The position numbers were made by a program, and so were the translations under genes. A stretch of 47,476 nt of DNA from a virus, in IMG/VR virus record IMGVR_UViG_3300027863_001490, one strand, 5' to 3'. Each line of letters begins with the position of its first letter. The first letter of the stretch is position 1. Below the pieces are notes generated by a model. It ran no database searches, was not told where the DNA came from, and saw nothing but the letters and a program-made list of their open reading frames with translations. Positions 16,494 to 26,493 of this stretch are shown here, piece by piece.

Positions 16494-19400
16494 ATGATTT
16501 CCCATTCAAACAAATTCCATTTTAACCACAACGCAGTAAGTCGGGTTCTTGTGGCATTAACAATTTTCTCTCTTCTTGTTTCAACATTTTTTTTAGTTAA
16601 CCTCCCTTTAGCTAAAGCTGAAAGTACCTTTGGTTATTCGACTGTTGGTGGTACAGGTGGATACATAAATGGTAACTACATAGAAGGCGCACGTTACGCA
16701 TGTAGCGAATCGGGAACTTTGTCTGCTTTAACTTTAAGTTTTTACTCTAAAGTCAGCGCATCCGTGAATGTAAAAATGGCGTTATATGATGCGTCTGGTA
16801 ATTTTGTCATAGCATCCGAAGCCCATACAAGCGTAACGGCTAATGAATGGAATAATTTTTCTTGCACCGTTTCATCAGAAACATTAAGCGCCCAAAATTA
16901 CTATATTTGTTTACTGTCTTCAGGTGACATAAACAATGGCATAGCTTACGATGACTTAGGCGCTAGTTCAACTGTGTTGATTAGTAACTCTTATGCTTCT
17001 GGTTTTCCATCAACTATATCGACATCACAGTGGAATACGTTTTCGCTTTCTATGATGGCTACATATACGTTGGGCGGCAGTGGCGGCGGGGGTACTCCTG
17101 TGTTGCCGCATGCTGGTTATGATTATACGTTAGCTACTAACGCGACAAGCAACTATGTTATAGCGTCTAATGGAACCATAATTTTTAGTAGTGGAACCCC
17201 TGCGACTGCTTTTGCTAATTTAACTTACGTTGGAAACGGACATACATTGTATGTGGAGAATGGAACCTATGTCAGTGGTTCCTCTTTTGTTTGGCAGAAT
17301 GGTTTGAATACAAACTTGACTTTTAGTCCTTATGCAAACTTTACAATTCAAGCCGCCGTCGATGATGCCGTTCTTAAAATGCAGAGTTGCCAGAACTGCA
17401 CGCTTTCTTATGCTACTATAGATGGGTATTCTTCTGGGCAATCGACAGGTGACGGAGTAAACTTGGCAAATTGTGATGATTGCAGAATAATAAATTCTAC
17501 AATAACTGACATTCGCCGTTTTGGTTGGGTCTGCGATGACACAGATGGTGTTGGTGTTCATGGAAATAACGGTATAATTAATTCAACGGTGACTTTTTGC
17601 GGCTGGAATAATGTACAGTTAGGCGGCACAGACTACTCCATCGGCAACTATGCAATTAACAATACAGTTGCTTATGGTAGTGATGTCGGTATTTCGACAT
17701 GGGGTTGCCGAAATGGAATAGTTGCTTATAATTACGTTCACCACATGAATGGTACAACAGGCGGTGGCGGTAGCTCACAGTACGGTATTGCTGTAGAGGG
17801 CTATAGCGGAAATTCGGACTGCGCTCAAATTATAGGCAACACTATAGATAATACGGTTAACGGAATCATTTTGGGTGTTGGCAGTGATGTTTACTCTAAC
17901 TTAGTGAAGGACAACGTTATATCAAACTCTCAAATTGGCATTCAAACTTACAAATCCCATTTCGACGCAATCTATAACAACACAATAACTACATGGGGCA
18001 CCAGCTACAAGTCAGCCATAGATTTAGATACTTCAACAAATGAAGCTGTTACCTTCAACCATGCAACTTTAGTCTCTGGTAACGGGTATGCTTTTAATCA
18101 GAAAAATTGTTTCAACATAACAATTTCTCATAACAATATTACTGTGCCAACTACGGGAGAAATGGTTGGTATCCTTATGCAGCAGAACACTAACACGACT
18201 TTCTGCATCGACAATACGATAGTAGCAACCACCGGCATCCAAATATTATCAACATGCTATAACAACAAGGTTGACAAAAACAATTTATCTGGTTCAGGTA
18301 CAGCGATAAGCGACAGCGGAGTTAGCAGTCTCCTTAATCCATCAAGCTCATCAACTAACAGGTTAATCGTGACCGATAATTATGCTAATGCCTCGTTTAC
18401 GCAGTCTTATAGTAATAACACCCAAAAAGTCTTAACGAGTAGCGGTATAATTAACGTTGATGGCACAAACGTCACTTCTCCATATACTATAACTATGAAC
18501 GCCGATCATGCCGTTTATGTCGTAGGTGGTAGTTTGTCAATAAATAATAACAACTACACGTTAACCGCATCAATTACCTCTCCAACAAATACAACTCAAT
18601 ACACAAACGTCGTCTCTTACAGTGTTTCAACTTCTGGCAACGATACAAACCCCACTTTCCAGATTAACCTCTACAAGGCGGGAGTAGAAGTCGGCTATAA
18701 CAAGACCGCTTCAACAGGTGTCTTTACTGGTTTAGCGGCTGGCAGCTACATGTTCGCCGTTTACACTCACGGCGATAACGGTGCTTCTGACTATAAAACG
18801 GAATACCTCACCGTTAGCACCTACTCGGTCACTGTCACTAACGGTGGTCACGGCTCCACTAATCCTTCGGGTGTGTATTCGAATTTTAACGGGGAATCTT
18901 TTTCTGCGTTGGCAACAGCAAGCAGTGGCTACACCTTCCTAAACTGGGTCATTTCGGGAGTCGGAAACTCAACAGTTAACCCTCTTCCATTAACCATGAA
19001 TAGTACCTTAAACGGCAAAACCGTCACAGCATACTTTTCGCAGAACAGCTATACCTTGTCGGCTTCAATTGTGTTGCCAGTAGCCGCAGTATATACAAGC
19101 GGCACCGTAGCTTACCAAGTGACTGTTTCCGGAAACGACACTAACCCAGCTTACCAAATCAACGTTTACAGTAACAGTTTAGCGGTGGGCAGCAACTTAA
19201 CTTCTTCTTCAGGAAGCTTCTATGGCTTATCAAACGGTAATTACATGTTTGCTGTTCATGTTCAAGGTGACTTCGGTAGTGTTGACTATCAAACGTTGAA
19301 TTTCTCTGTTTCAACTTCATCGGGCGGCGGTGGTGGCGGTGGTAGCACTCCTACTCCTACACCGGCACCCACAACTTATCCAACGGTTTCGCCGACCCAG

Positions 19401-19883
19401 AATCCGCAGGGCACAAACGAGTTCCATCTTGACGACTTAGACTTGGGCACCGTAAAGCCTAACTCGACATTAACGGGAACATTGCACTTCACATTTTCAG
19501 GCAGCAGCTACACATTAATTTCTATATCTGTGTCTGAGCCTTTGCGTTCATGGATGCCTAATCCTTCTGTTACGCCGTATCAGCTTTACACGTTGAATAA
19601 TGGCGCTTCTGGCTCTGGCAGCTACGTTTTGACTTTTCTGGTTCCCGCCGACGCTGACTTGCAAACCTATAGTAGCGAAGTCACAGTTACAGCTCTTGAC
19701 GGCTTCGGAGTTACCCATACAAGCACTGCGGCTGTTACCGCTAAAGTTTCTGTTACAGAAGAAAACACAAACCCGATTTCGGAAGCAATAAATTATTTGC
19801 TGGCTAATCCCTTCGCGATTGTGATTTTGATTGTTGTGCTCTGTGTTGCTGTTGCGCTTTTGATGAAGACTAAACGGAAATAA
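16494..19883 (+). CDS. Large surface adhesin: signal peptide, right-handed beta-helix, Ig/InlB-B-like repeats, C-terminal TM
   Basis: Repeated NNT(I/V)..GI beta-helix rungs; SGYTFLNW B-repeat motif; many NxS/T sequons; TM plus KTKRK tail. Confidence 0.85.
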   Translation: MISHSNKFHFNHNAVSRVLVALTIFSLLVSTFFLVNLPLAKAESTFGYSTVGGTGGYINGNYIEGARYACSESGTLSALTLSFYSKVSASVNVKMALYDASGNFVIASEAHTSVTANEWNNFSCTVSSETLSAQNYYICLLSSGDINNGIAYDDLGASSTVLISNSYASGFPSTISTSQWNTFSLSMMATYTLGGSGGGGTPVLPHAGYDYTLATNATSNYVIASNGTIIFSSGTPATAFANLTYVGNGHTLYVENGTYVSGSSFVWQNGLNTNLTFSPYANFTIQAAVDDAVLKMQSCQNCTLSYATIDGYSSGQSTGDGVNLANCDDCRIINSTITDIRRFGWVCDDTDGVGVHGNNGIINSTVTFCGWNNVQLGGTDYSIGNYAINNTVAYGSDVGISTWGCRNGIVAYNYVHHMNGTTGGGGSSQYGIAVEGYSGNSDCAQIIGNTIDNTVNGIILGVGSDVYSNLVKDNVISNSQIGIQTYKSHFDAIYNNTITTWGTSYKSAIDLDTSTNEAVTFNHATLVSGNGYAFNQKNCFNITISHNNITVPTTGEMVGILMQQNTNTTFCIDNTIVATTGIQILSTCYNNKVDKNNLSGSGTAISDSGVSSLLNPSSSSTNRLIVTDNYANASFTQSYSNNTQKVLTSSGIINVDGTNVTSPYTITMNADHAVYVVGGSLSINNNNYTLTASITSPTNTTQYTNVVSYSVSTSGNDTNPTFQINLYKAGVEVGYNKTASTGVFTGLAAGSYMFAVYTHGDNGASDYKTEYLTVSTYSVTVTNGGHGSTNPSGVYSNFNGESFSALATASSGYTFLNWVISGVGNSTVNPLPLTMNSTLNGKTVTAYFSQNSYTLSASIVLPVAAVYTSGTVAYQVTVSGNDTNPAYQINVYSNSLAVGSNLTSSSGSFYGLSNGNYMFAVHVQGDFGSVDYQTLNFSVSTSSGGGGGGGSTPTPTPAPTTYPTVSPTQNPQGTNEFHLDDLDLGTVKPNSTLTGTLHFTFSGSSYTLISISVSEPLRSWMPNPSVTPYQLYTLNNGASGSGSYVLTFLVPADADLQTYSSEVTVTALDGFGVTHTSTAAVTAKVSVTEENTNPISEAINYLLANPFAIVILIVVLCVAVALLMKTKRK

Positions 19884-19948
19884 CCCCATTTTTCTTTTAT
19901 TGATTTTTCTTTTAAGGATAAAATTGAATCTCGGAGGAAAAAACAGAA

Positions 19949-21232
19949 TTGAAAAGTTTTATTCGTAACCAAAAAGCAATGTCAAAACAAGCAGCCGCTG
20001 TTTTATCGATAATAATCATTGTCGTCAGCATCTTTGGGCTCGGATACGCTTGGAATCAAGGCTGGATTGGTGCCCCTTCATCTAACAACGTAAACACTAA
20101 CCCCTCAACAGGCACCGGCGGCCAGCCAAGCACAGGATCAGGCACAGTCGAATCAGGACCACTATATGCAAGCGTCGTAGACAAAGTAACCCGGCAAGCA
20201 TTCACCACGTCAACAGTGCAAATTAACCAGATCGCCTCAGACGCATCAGGCGTATTTGACTTCTTAAACGGAGCCCAAATGAAGTCTCTTGCACAAGCCG
20301 CAAACCCACAGTCTGAAACCCAAATCTACACTCAAGGGCAACAAGTCATAATCGTCGTTACATGCACAGGCAACCCGTCAAACGGACTCGACTATTACCC
20401 AGTTTGGTACTACTGCACTTTGAATGAAGGCGCCACAGTTTACCAGTTAGACAACGCCGCATGCTGGACCCAAGTAAGCGCGTCCCCATACAAATACACG
20501 ATTAACTTAGCCGCTGCAACCGCAACAGATCAAAGAGTACATTACACCGCAGTTTCACTTACTAACTACTGGAACATCGGCGACTTAGCAATTTACCCAA
20601 GACTCGCAGCCGCAAACACAGACATTTCAGTAGCATATGGAGCAACCACGTTGGCTTCAGTAACAGACGCTTCAACATGGGTTGACACAGCCGCAGAAAT
20701 CACCGCAAACTGCACCTTAGCAAGCGCAAGCAACGAAAAATTCGTCTTCAGCATGACCGCTGGAGCAGCAAACCTCGGCTGGGGTAAACACTTCTTCGCA
20801 TTCGACAGCGACGGCAAAATCCACGAATACGGCGGCGTACTGGTAGTTGCAACCACAGACACCACAATGACTCAGCCTAACGAATGGAGCTACTTCGGCT
20901 TGAAAACCTTAACCAACGAAAACGCATACTACAAAATCTTACAACCCGACTTCCCCAACAACGGCCAAACCAAATCGTGGTCCGTTGACATCCCAATGAA
21001 CGTCGCAGCGGATTCAACAAAATACCTGATGAAGATTTGGCTACTTGACTGCCAAAACCTAGACACAATCGGCACACAAGGCACAACAACCAGTGTTCCA
21101 CAGGGCTACGGATTCATGGATTCAACCACAGACTACGGCGTCGGCGCTGTTGTCCACGCAGTTGGCTTAACAATTTCAAGCGGCGCCTCTGCAACACCAC
21201 AACTAGAGTTCTACTTCACCGCTCCAAGCTAA
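19949..21232 (+). CDS. Probable major structural/surface protein with class III (pilin-like) signal peptide
   Basis: RNQKA-MSKQAAAVLSIIIIVV fits the [KR][GA]-x-[ST] plus hydrophobic rule; frequent AAC/TAC/TTC/ATC/GCA codons. Confidence 0.75.
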   Translation: MKSFIRNQKAMSKQAAAVLSIIIIVVSIFGLGYAWNQGWIGAPSSNNVNTNPSTGTGGQPSTGSGTVESGPLYASVVDKVTRQAFTTSTVQINQIASDASGVFDFLNGAQMKSLAQAANPQSETQIYTQGQQVIIVVTCTGNPSNGLDYYPVWYYCTLNEGATVYQLDNAACWTQVSASPYKYTINLAAATATDQRVHYTAVSLTNYWNIGDLAIYPRLAAANTDISVAYGATTLASVTDASTWVDTAAEITANCTLASASNEKFVFSMTAGAANLGWGKHFFAFDSDGKIHEYGGVLVVATTDTTMTQPNEWSYFGLKTLTNENAYYKILQPDFPNNGQTKSWSVDIPMNVAADSTKYLMKIWLLDCQNLDTIGTQGTTTSVPQGYGFMDSTTDYGVGAVVHAVGLTISSGASATPQLEFYFTAPS

Positions 21233-21304
21233 AACAACTAATTCCCCCTTCCCTTCTTTTTTTTGTAAACCCGATTTTTCTTTTAATAGAGAGGCTACTT
21301 TACC

Positions 21305-22918
21305 TTGAAATCCACTAACAAAATTGTGCTTATCGGTTTTTTCGTCGGTTTTCTTCTCTTCGGTTTAGGCGCTTCTGGCATAGCTGGAACTTTAGCTTTA
21401 GCCATAAACAATGTGGTGCCTGAATCTTTATCAGTTGTTTCCTTAGACGGCACAAGCGTAACTATTTATCAGGGTCAAGCACGATCCATAACCGTAATTG
21501 AATACGGCGATGTTCCCTTTCTTTTCACTTGGTATCTAGACGGCGTTTACCAGAGACAAGGCCTTAACACTTATACGGCTTCTGACTCTTTTGATTTACC
21601 CACAACTTTAGGCGTCGGCGACCACTCTTTAATAGCTGTTGAAACTCCCGATCCGTTCTCTTCTCCGACAAGTTACGTTGAAATAATAATTCATGTCTTA
21701 TCTAATCCTACTCCTACACCGCCCACTCAGTATTCTTTAACGATTTCAACTATTGGTTCTGGCTCAACAAACCCGTCCTCTGGGGCCTCTTATAGTTACG
21801 CAGTTAATTCTTGGGCAACTTTAACCGCTACTCCAAGTTCAGGATACGTTTTCAGTTATTGGAGCGTCACTTACCCCAGCCAAGCTTACAGCCCAACACT
21901 CACATATACCGTTAATCCCCTTCCTCTCCAAATGTACCAGAACTACGCGGTTGTAGCAGTATTCACCTATTCGCCTTCATCTACACCGACTCCGACGCCT
22001 GTGCCAACCGCTTCGCCTTCACCTACACCGACTCCGACGCCTGTGCCAACCGCTTCGCCTTCACCCACTCCGTCTCCCACGCCAACTCCATCGCCTTCCC
22101 CGTCTCCGACACCAAGCCCGACCCCCATCCCGACCTACACGTTAATAACAGATTACTCAGGGTCAGGAACTATAAGCCCCTCGAAAGGCACCTATACTTA
22201 CACGCAAGGGACATCAGTGCCATTATCAGCAAGTGCCAGCACAGGCTACACCTTCAGTTATTGGCTACTAAACGACGGCACAAAAGTCTATAGTGCGTCA
22301 ACAACTTTGACGATGACAAGCAGCAAATCAGCCCTAGCCGTATTCGCAGCCATAACTCCGACGCCCACACCTATCCCCCAAGTCACCTTGATATTAAGCA
22401 GTTCTGGCTCTGGCTCCATTAATCCAACCGCAGGCACCTACACTTACAATCAAGGAACATCCGTGCCTATTTCCGCTACCGCTTCTACAGGATACTATTT
22501 TGACTATTGGCTCTTCAACGACTACACAAAAAGCTACAGTTCATCAACAACAGTAACAATGTCAAGCAGCAAAACCGCCATCGCCGTGTTCACAGCTTAT
22601 CCAACAGCTACACCTACTCCTAACCCAAGCGCCACTGTCAACCCAAACCCAACTCCATCGCCTTCTCCAACGCCCCAGATTACTCCTATTCCAACAACGT
22701 CTCCCACGAATACGCCATCTCCCACTTCTACAGAGCCAACCCCGATTCCAGTAGCCACGCCTACGCCGACTCCCGCTGCGGTTAGCCAAGAATCTTCAGA
22801 AAACACTTACATTCAAGGCAACGAACTTTCAATGGTCGGAGGCTTAAGCATAATAGCGTTGTCGGCTATCGCTGGACTACAAACTAACGGTTTATTAGGC
22901 AAACCCAAACATCGCTAA
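21305..22918 (+). CDS. Surface protein with divergent InlB B-repeats, Pro/Thr linkers, C-terminal anchor
   Basis: Three GSG..P..G..Y...V...A....GY.F.YW repeats; PT-rich stalks; hydrophobic tail ending KPKHR. Confidence 0.85.
   Translation: MKSTNKIVLIGFFVGFLLFGLGASGIAGTLALAINNVVPESLSVVSLDGTSVTIYQGQARSITVIEYGDVPFLFTWYLDGVYQRQGLNTYTASDSFDLPTTLGVGDHSLIAVETPDPFSSPTSYVEIIIHVLSNPTPTPPTQYSLTISTIGSGSTNPSSGASYSYAVNSWATLTATPSSGYVFSYWSVTYPSQAYSPTLTYTVNPLPLQMYQNYAVVAVFTYSPSSTPTPTPVPTASPSPTPTPTPVPTASPSPTPSPTPTPSPSPSPTPSPTPIPTYTLITDYSGSGTISPSKGTYTYTQGTSVPLSASASTGYTFSYWLLNDGTKVYSASTTLTMTSSKSALAVFAAITPTPTPIPQVTLILSSSGSGSINPTAGTYTYNQGTSVPISATASTGYYFDYWLFNDYTKSYSSSTTVTMSSSKTAIAVFTAYPTATPTPNPSATVNPNPTPSPSPTPQITPIPTTSPTNTPSPTSTEPTPIPVATPTPTPAAVSQESSENTYIQGNELSMVGGLSIIALSAIAGLQTNGLLGKPKHR
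21981..22064 (+). repeat. In-frame 42-bp tandem duplication in Pro/Thr linker
   Basis: Two exact copies encoding [14 protein letters not shown]. Confidence 0.85.
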
Positions 22919-22947
22919 AAACCCTATTTTTCTTTTGTTGATACTGC

Positions 22948-23448
22948 TTGAATAAAAGGTTAAAGCTAAACAGAAGAGAAATTACCTTAGCCTGTTTAAT
23001 TGCCACGTTAAGCTTGGTATTGACGCTTAGACCTGTGCTCCTTTTTCTAAATCAACTCAACCCATTCGTCGGGATGCTCTTTTACTACGTTATACTTTTT
23101 AGCTGTTTAACCGTTCTCGGTCACTTCGGCTTAGTTATCTTCAACATAAAGATTAATAAGCCCCTTCAAACACTTGGGTTGCTACTCATAACATTCAGTT
23201 TCTTTATTGCCGTAGGTTTAAGTTCTGCCTATGTTCAATATGTCGCTACTGGTTCATTTACGGGCGCCAGCAATATTTACTATCAATGCGAAGACGGATC
23301 AGTTTTTTGGCTTTGGAGCCAACTTATCCCGTTAACTACTGACTTCAACATAACTTTAGCATGGGTCATGTCTTATGGAGTAACACCATTTATGCTCACT
23401 TTAATCGGTGGCTATTTAACATTCGAAAAACCACGCCTTAGCCTTTAA
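22948..23448 (+). CDS. Multi-pass membrane protein
   Basis: About four TM segments. Confidence 0.75.
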   Translation: MNKRLKLNRREITLACLIATLSLVLTLRPVLLFLNQLNPFVGMLFYYVILFSCLTVLGHFGLVIFNIKINKPLQTLGLLLITFSFFIAVGLSSAYVQYVATGSFTGASNIYYQCEDGSVFWLWSQLIPLTTDFNITLAWVMSYGVTPFMLTLIGGYLTFEKPRLSL

Positions 23449-23478
23449 CCGCATTTTTCTTTTAAGATGTGACTCTAT

Positions 23479-24492
23479 TTGGTAGGCATACAAGGAAAAA
23501 ATCTCACATGGCTGTTTTTGATTTTCTTTGTATCGCCCTGTGTTCTGCTCTTCATGCTGGCGGGGTCCAGAAGCCTCTCAGATTACATAACAACCACATT
23601 CTACGTGATAACCCTCGCTTTTTCCTTGATAATCTTGAAGGAAATCAACACTGACGAACAATACTATGAACCATTAACTTTAGAACCCTTAATCGCCTCG
23701 GTTCTTTTAGGCGTCGGCATGTTTGCTTTAAGCGCCGCTTTGAGTTTAAGCCTAAAAAACTCTGACATGCTCCTATCCATTGTTCCCTTGACTTTAACAG
23801 CGTCACCAACCAGCATCGCAACAACTTTTCTAAGTGCGTCCCTTTTCGGTTTAGCCTTAATCGCTAGTGGCGAAGAGCTCTGGAAGCTGCCGATGTTCGC
23901 TGAAGGACGTGCCCGATGGGGAAAAGGATACAATATTCCCCGAGTTGTCTTCGCGATCTGCATGTGCTTACTCGGCTTGTTAGTGGCAATGCTGCTTTTG
24001 AATGCTTTAAATGTGCTTTCATACTTCAACTTCGGCATAGTCGCCGTCGTTTTAATCGTGGTTTTCGCTTTAGTCTTCAGCTTAATTGTCAAGCGCCCAA
24101 AATTCACTGTTCCCGGCATCCTCATTTACGTCGGCGTCCCAGTCGGATTCTGGGCGGCGTTACATGGGATTGAAGCGTACAGTAACCCCGTCATGATTTT
24201 GCCAGCCGCCGTCAACGGAGTCGTATTAATTGTTTACCTCTGGAAATACCGTTGTATCCTAGGCTGCATTTTCGCCCACTTCATCTACAACACTCTCATA
24301 ACGGCGTTGTCTTACTTCAACGGGACAGCAAACGTGCAAGCTGGGCTTCCCCTGTTCCCCGACTTCTTTTCCCGATCATATTACAGTAACAGCGGCTTCA
24401 TCTACGATTACGCCGTCATCGCAATCTGGTTCTTCGGGGTTTTCCTGTTCCTGTTGCCGTCTTTGACGAAACAGAAGGCCAACAAAAAATGA
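23479..24492 (+). CDS. CPBP-family (Abi/PrsW-like) intramembrane glutamic protease
   Basis: GEELWK (EExxK), FWAALH, AHFIYN (HxxxN) in a polytopic protein. Confidence 0.8.
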   Translation: MVGIQGKNLTWLFLIFFVSPCVLLFMLAGSRSLSDYITTTFYVITLAFSLIILKEINTDEQYYEPLTLEPLIASVLLGVGMFALSAALSLSLKNSDMLLSIVPLTLTASPTSIATTFLSASLFGLALIASGEELWKLPMFAEGRARWGKGYNIPRVVFAICMCLLGLLVAMLLLNALNVLSYFNFGIVAVVLIVVFALVFSLIVKRPKFTVPGILIYVGVPVGFWAALHGIEAYSNPVMILPAAVNGVVLIVYLWKYRCILGCIFAHFIYNTLITALSYFNGTANVQAGLPLFPDFFSRSYYSNSGFIYDYAVIAIWFFGVFLFLLPSLTKQKANKK

Positions 24493-24938
24493 AGCATACA
24501 ATAATCGTCTGTGTCTTGTTTTGCGAGTTAATAGGCTTCGCCTCAAGTTTAACAGGAGATTTTTCTTGGTATAACAGTTTGGTGAAGCCAAGCTTTGCCC
24601 CGCCTAACTATGTTTTTCTTCCAATCTGGCTTACTCTCTACGCTTTAATGGGGTGGTCCCTTGCCAGATTCATCAACTCAAAGAAGCAACATAAAATGGT
24701 TGGCTACAGCTTTTTTGGCATTCAACTATTCTTGAACGCTCTTTGGAGCAACCTCTTTTTCGGTTTACGCTCAACCTTTTTTGGTTTAGCAGATATTTCA
24801 GCGCTTTTAGCGTTTATTGTTTTAACTATCTGGAAATTCTGGATGGTTGACAAAAAAGCTGCCTTGCTATTGGTTCCCTATATGTTATGGGTTTGTGTTG
24901 CTTTATTGCTGAATTTTTATGTTTGGCGACTGAACTGA
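24489..24938 (+). CDS. tspO: TspO/MBR tryptophan-rich sensory protein
   Basis: WYNSLVKPSFAPPNYVFLPIWLTLY, QLFLNALWS-LFFG, LLVPYMLWV; five TM. Confidence 0.95.
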   Translation: MKHTIIVCVLFCELIGFASSLTGDFSWYNSLVKPSFAPPNYVFLPIWLTLYALMGWSLARFINSKKQHKMVGYSFFGIQLFLNALWSNLFFGLRSTFFGLADISALLAFIVLTIWKFWMVDKKAALLLVPYMLWVCVALLLNFYVWRLN

Positions 24939-25024
24939 TACCAAAAATATTTTTTTAAATAGGTTTATATTTAGCGCTTGCTTTACAAGTGACTATAAAT
25001 CACTGAGAAACACCGTGAGATGCC

Positions 25025-25192
25025 ATGAGCGCAACCGTAAACATTGATAAACCCGTAAACGTTCGATTAACCTTGTCTGGCGACAAAGCAAAAAACTACC
25101 GCTTATTAATGTCACGCAAAGGCGTCACCGTTGACAACCAACTAGTCTATATTCTCTTAGCCGAAGAAAGCAAACGAGAAGGAATCACATAG
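25025..25192 (+). CDS. Small RHH-like regulator (not in ORF track)
   Basis: VNVRLTLSGDKAKNYRLLMSRKG...QLVYILLAEE; TATA-like TTTATAT upstream. Confidence 0.6.
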   Translation: MSATVNIDKPVNVRLTLSGDKAKNYRLLMSRKGVTVDNQLVYILLAEESKREGIT

Positions 25193-25245
25193 ATGGCATC
25201 CAAAAATTGTATGAAGGGTTAACTAAAAATTGGGGTGAACAATAA

Positions 25246-25416
25246 ATGGGTGGCGTATTCGGCAACGAAAAAGAAGAAAACAAATCAGTTGGGTTATGGT
25301 TAGCCATCGACTTATACAATGAAGGCTCTCCATTAGCTAAAGAACTTCTAAAAGGAATGGTTACTCAAGACCCAGCTTTAGCTCGGCAACTAGCCGTTTT
25401 AGGAGTGGAAGTTTAA
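25246..25416 (+). CDS. 56-aa hypothetical protein (not in ORF track)
   Basis: GGTGA upstream; next gene starts 2 nt after stop. Confidence 0.55.
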   Translation: MGGVFGNEKEENKSVGLWLAIDLYNEGSPLAKELLKGMVTQDPALARQLAVLGVEV

Positions 25417-25418
25417 AA

Positions 25419-25730
25419 ATGGGGTTCGGCAATTCACCAACCCACATTTTACAACCCATACTCGACCAAATCACCGAAGAAACAAAAGACGGATCGAAAC
25501 CGCGAAAACAACTCCTAATTTTTTTAGCGAAATATCTTGTTTCATTCGGCTACAATCCAAGCCGACCTTTTCCCTGTTACAGTGACAAAGAAAAAGAAGC
25601 CGCGAAGAAGCTTCTTAAAGAAAATGGCTGCGAACACATAGCCAATTGTAGCCCAGCTTACCGTGCAAGGACATTAGTTTTGATTGAAGCTGAAGAGAAA
25701 CTGCTTCAGCAACCTTTGGAGGTTGCCTAA
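25419..25730 (+). CDS. Hypothetical protein
   Basis: GGAG upstream, tight operon spacing. Confidence 0.65.
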   Translation: MGFGNSPTHILQPILDQITEETKDGSKPRKQLLIFLAKYLVSFGYNPSRPFPCYSDKEKEAAKKLLKENGCEHIANCSPAYRARTLVLIEAEEKLLQQPLEVA

Positions 25731-25732
25731 AA

Positions 25733-25921
25733 ATGGTTTGCCCCCGCGCAGGAGAATGCGAATTTTATCGCAAAGAAAATGTTACTTGCAACCGAGACAG
25801 TGGGGGTCCATTTAACGAGTTTGATCATGCTTACTGTGGCAAACTCCGTAACTGGCAGAAGACCAGTGAACAGAAGGCTTCTGTCATCATAGTTATTCAA
25901 GAAGGAGAAATTCGGCGATGA
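25733..25921 (+). CDS. Cys-rich small protein
   Basis: CPRAGEC..C..YCG; GGAGG upstream. Confidence 0.65.
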   Translation: MVCPRAGECEFYRKENVTCNRDSGGPFNEFDHAYCGKLRNWQKTSEQKASVIIVIQEGEIRR

Positions 25922-26029
25922 AACACCAACTTTACCAGATGGAGAAAAAACCTGTTGAGAACCATCAACCAAACATGCAAGCATCAGCTTGCCCAATCCA
26001 ATTTTTAACGGATTTGGAGGCGAATTAAA

Positions 26030-26485
26030 TTGGAGCAGCTAGAAAAAAAACCAATCCTCAAAATTGAAATGACCGTCAAAACTAACACTATCAAGCGGCA
26101 AACCGACAAAGCCGATGTTTTTGGCATCAACATGAAAAGCGACCAAGGAACATTGCAAATTGGAATGAAAGAAGCAACAGCTAATCTAACTATAAAAAGC
26201 GCCGATGACATTTTGCATTTCAATTTTCCTACAGACGACGAATTTGTGGTTCTGATATACCCTAAACGACGATCTGAAAGAGAACCGCAAGATCACACAC
26301 AACAAACCGCTTTTTCAACAGAACACACGGACAAAGTATTAAACGAAATTTCGCCCAGCGCCAAAGTCGTCAGCGTTCACCAAGCTACCCGAGAACCAGA
26401 ACCATTGCAACAAGCAGATGCTTTCGCTGAAGTACCTGAAGAACATGAAGAAACACTCGAAGCCGAGCCGCCGAGCACCTCATAA
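26030..26485 (+). CDS. Hypothetical protein, acidic disordered C-terminus
   Basis: GGAGG upstream. Confidence 0.65.
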   Translation: MEQLEKKPILKIEMTVKTNTIKRQTDKADVFGINMKSDQGTLQIGMKEATANLTIKSADDILHFNFPTDDEFVVLIYPKRRSEREPQDHTQQTAFSTEHTDKVLNEISPSAKVVSVHQATREPEPLQQADAFAEVPEEHEETLEAEPPSTS

Positions 26486-26493
26486 GTGGGGTT

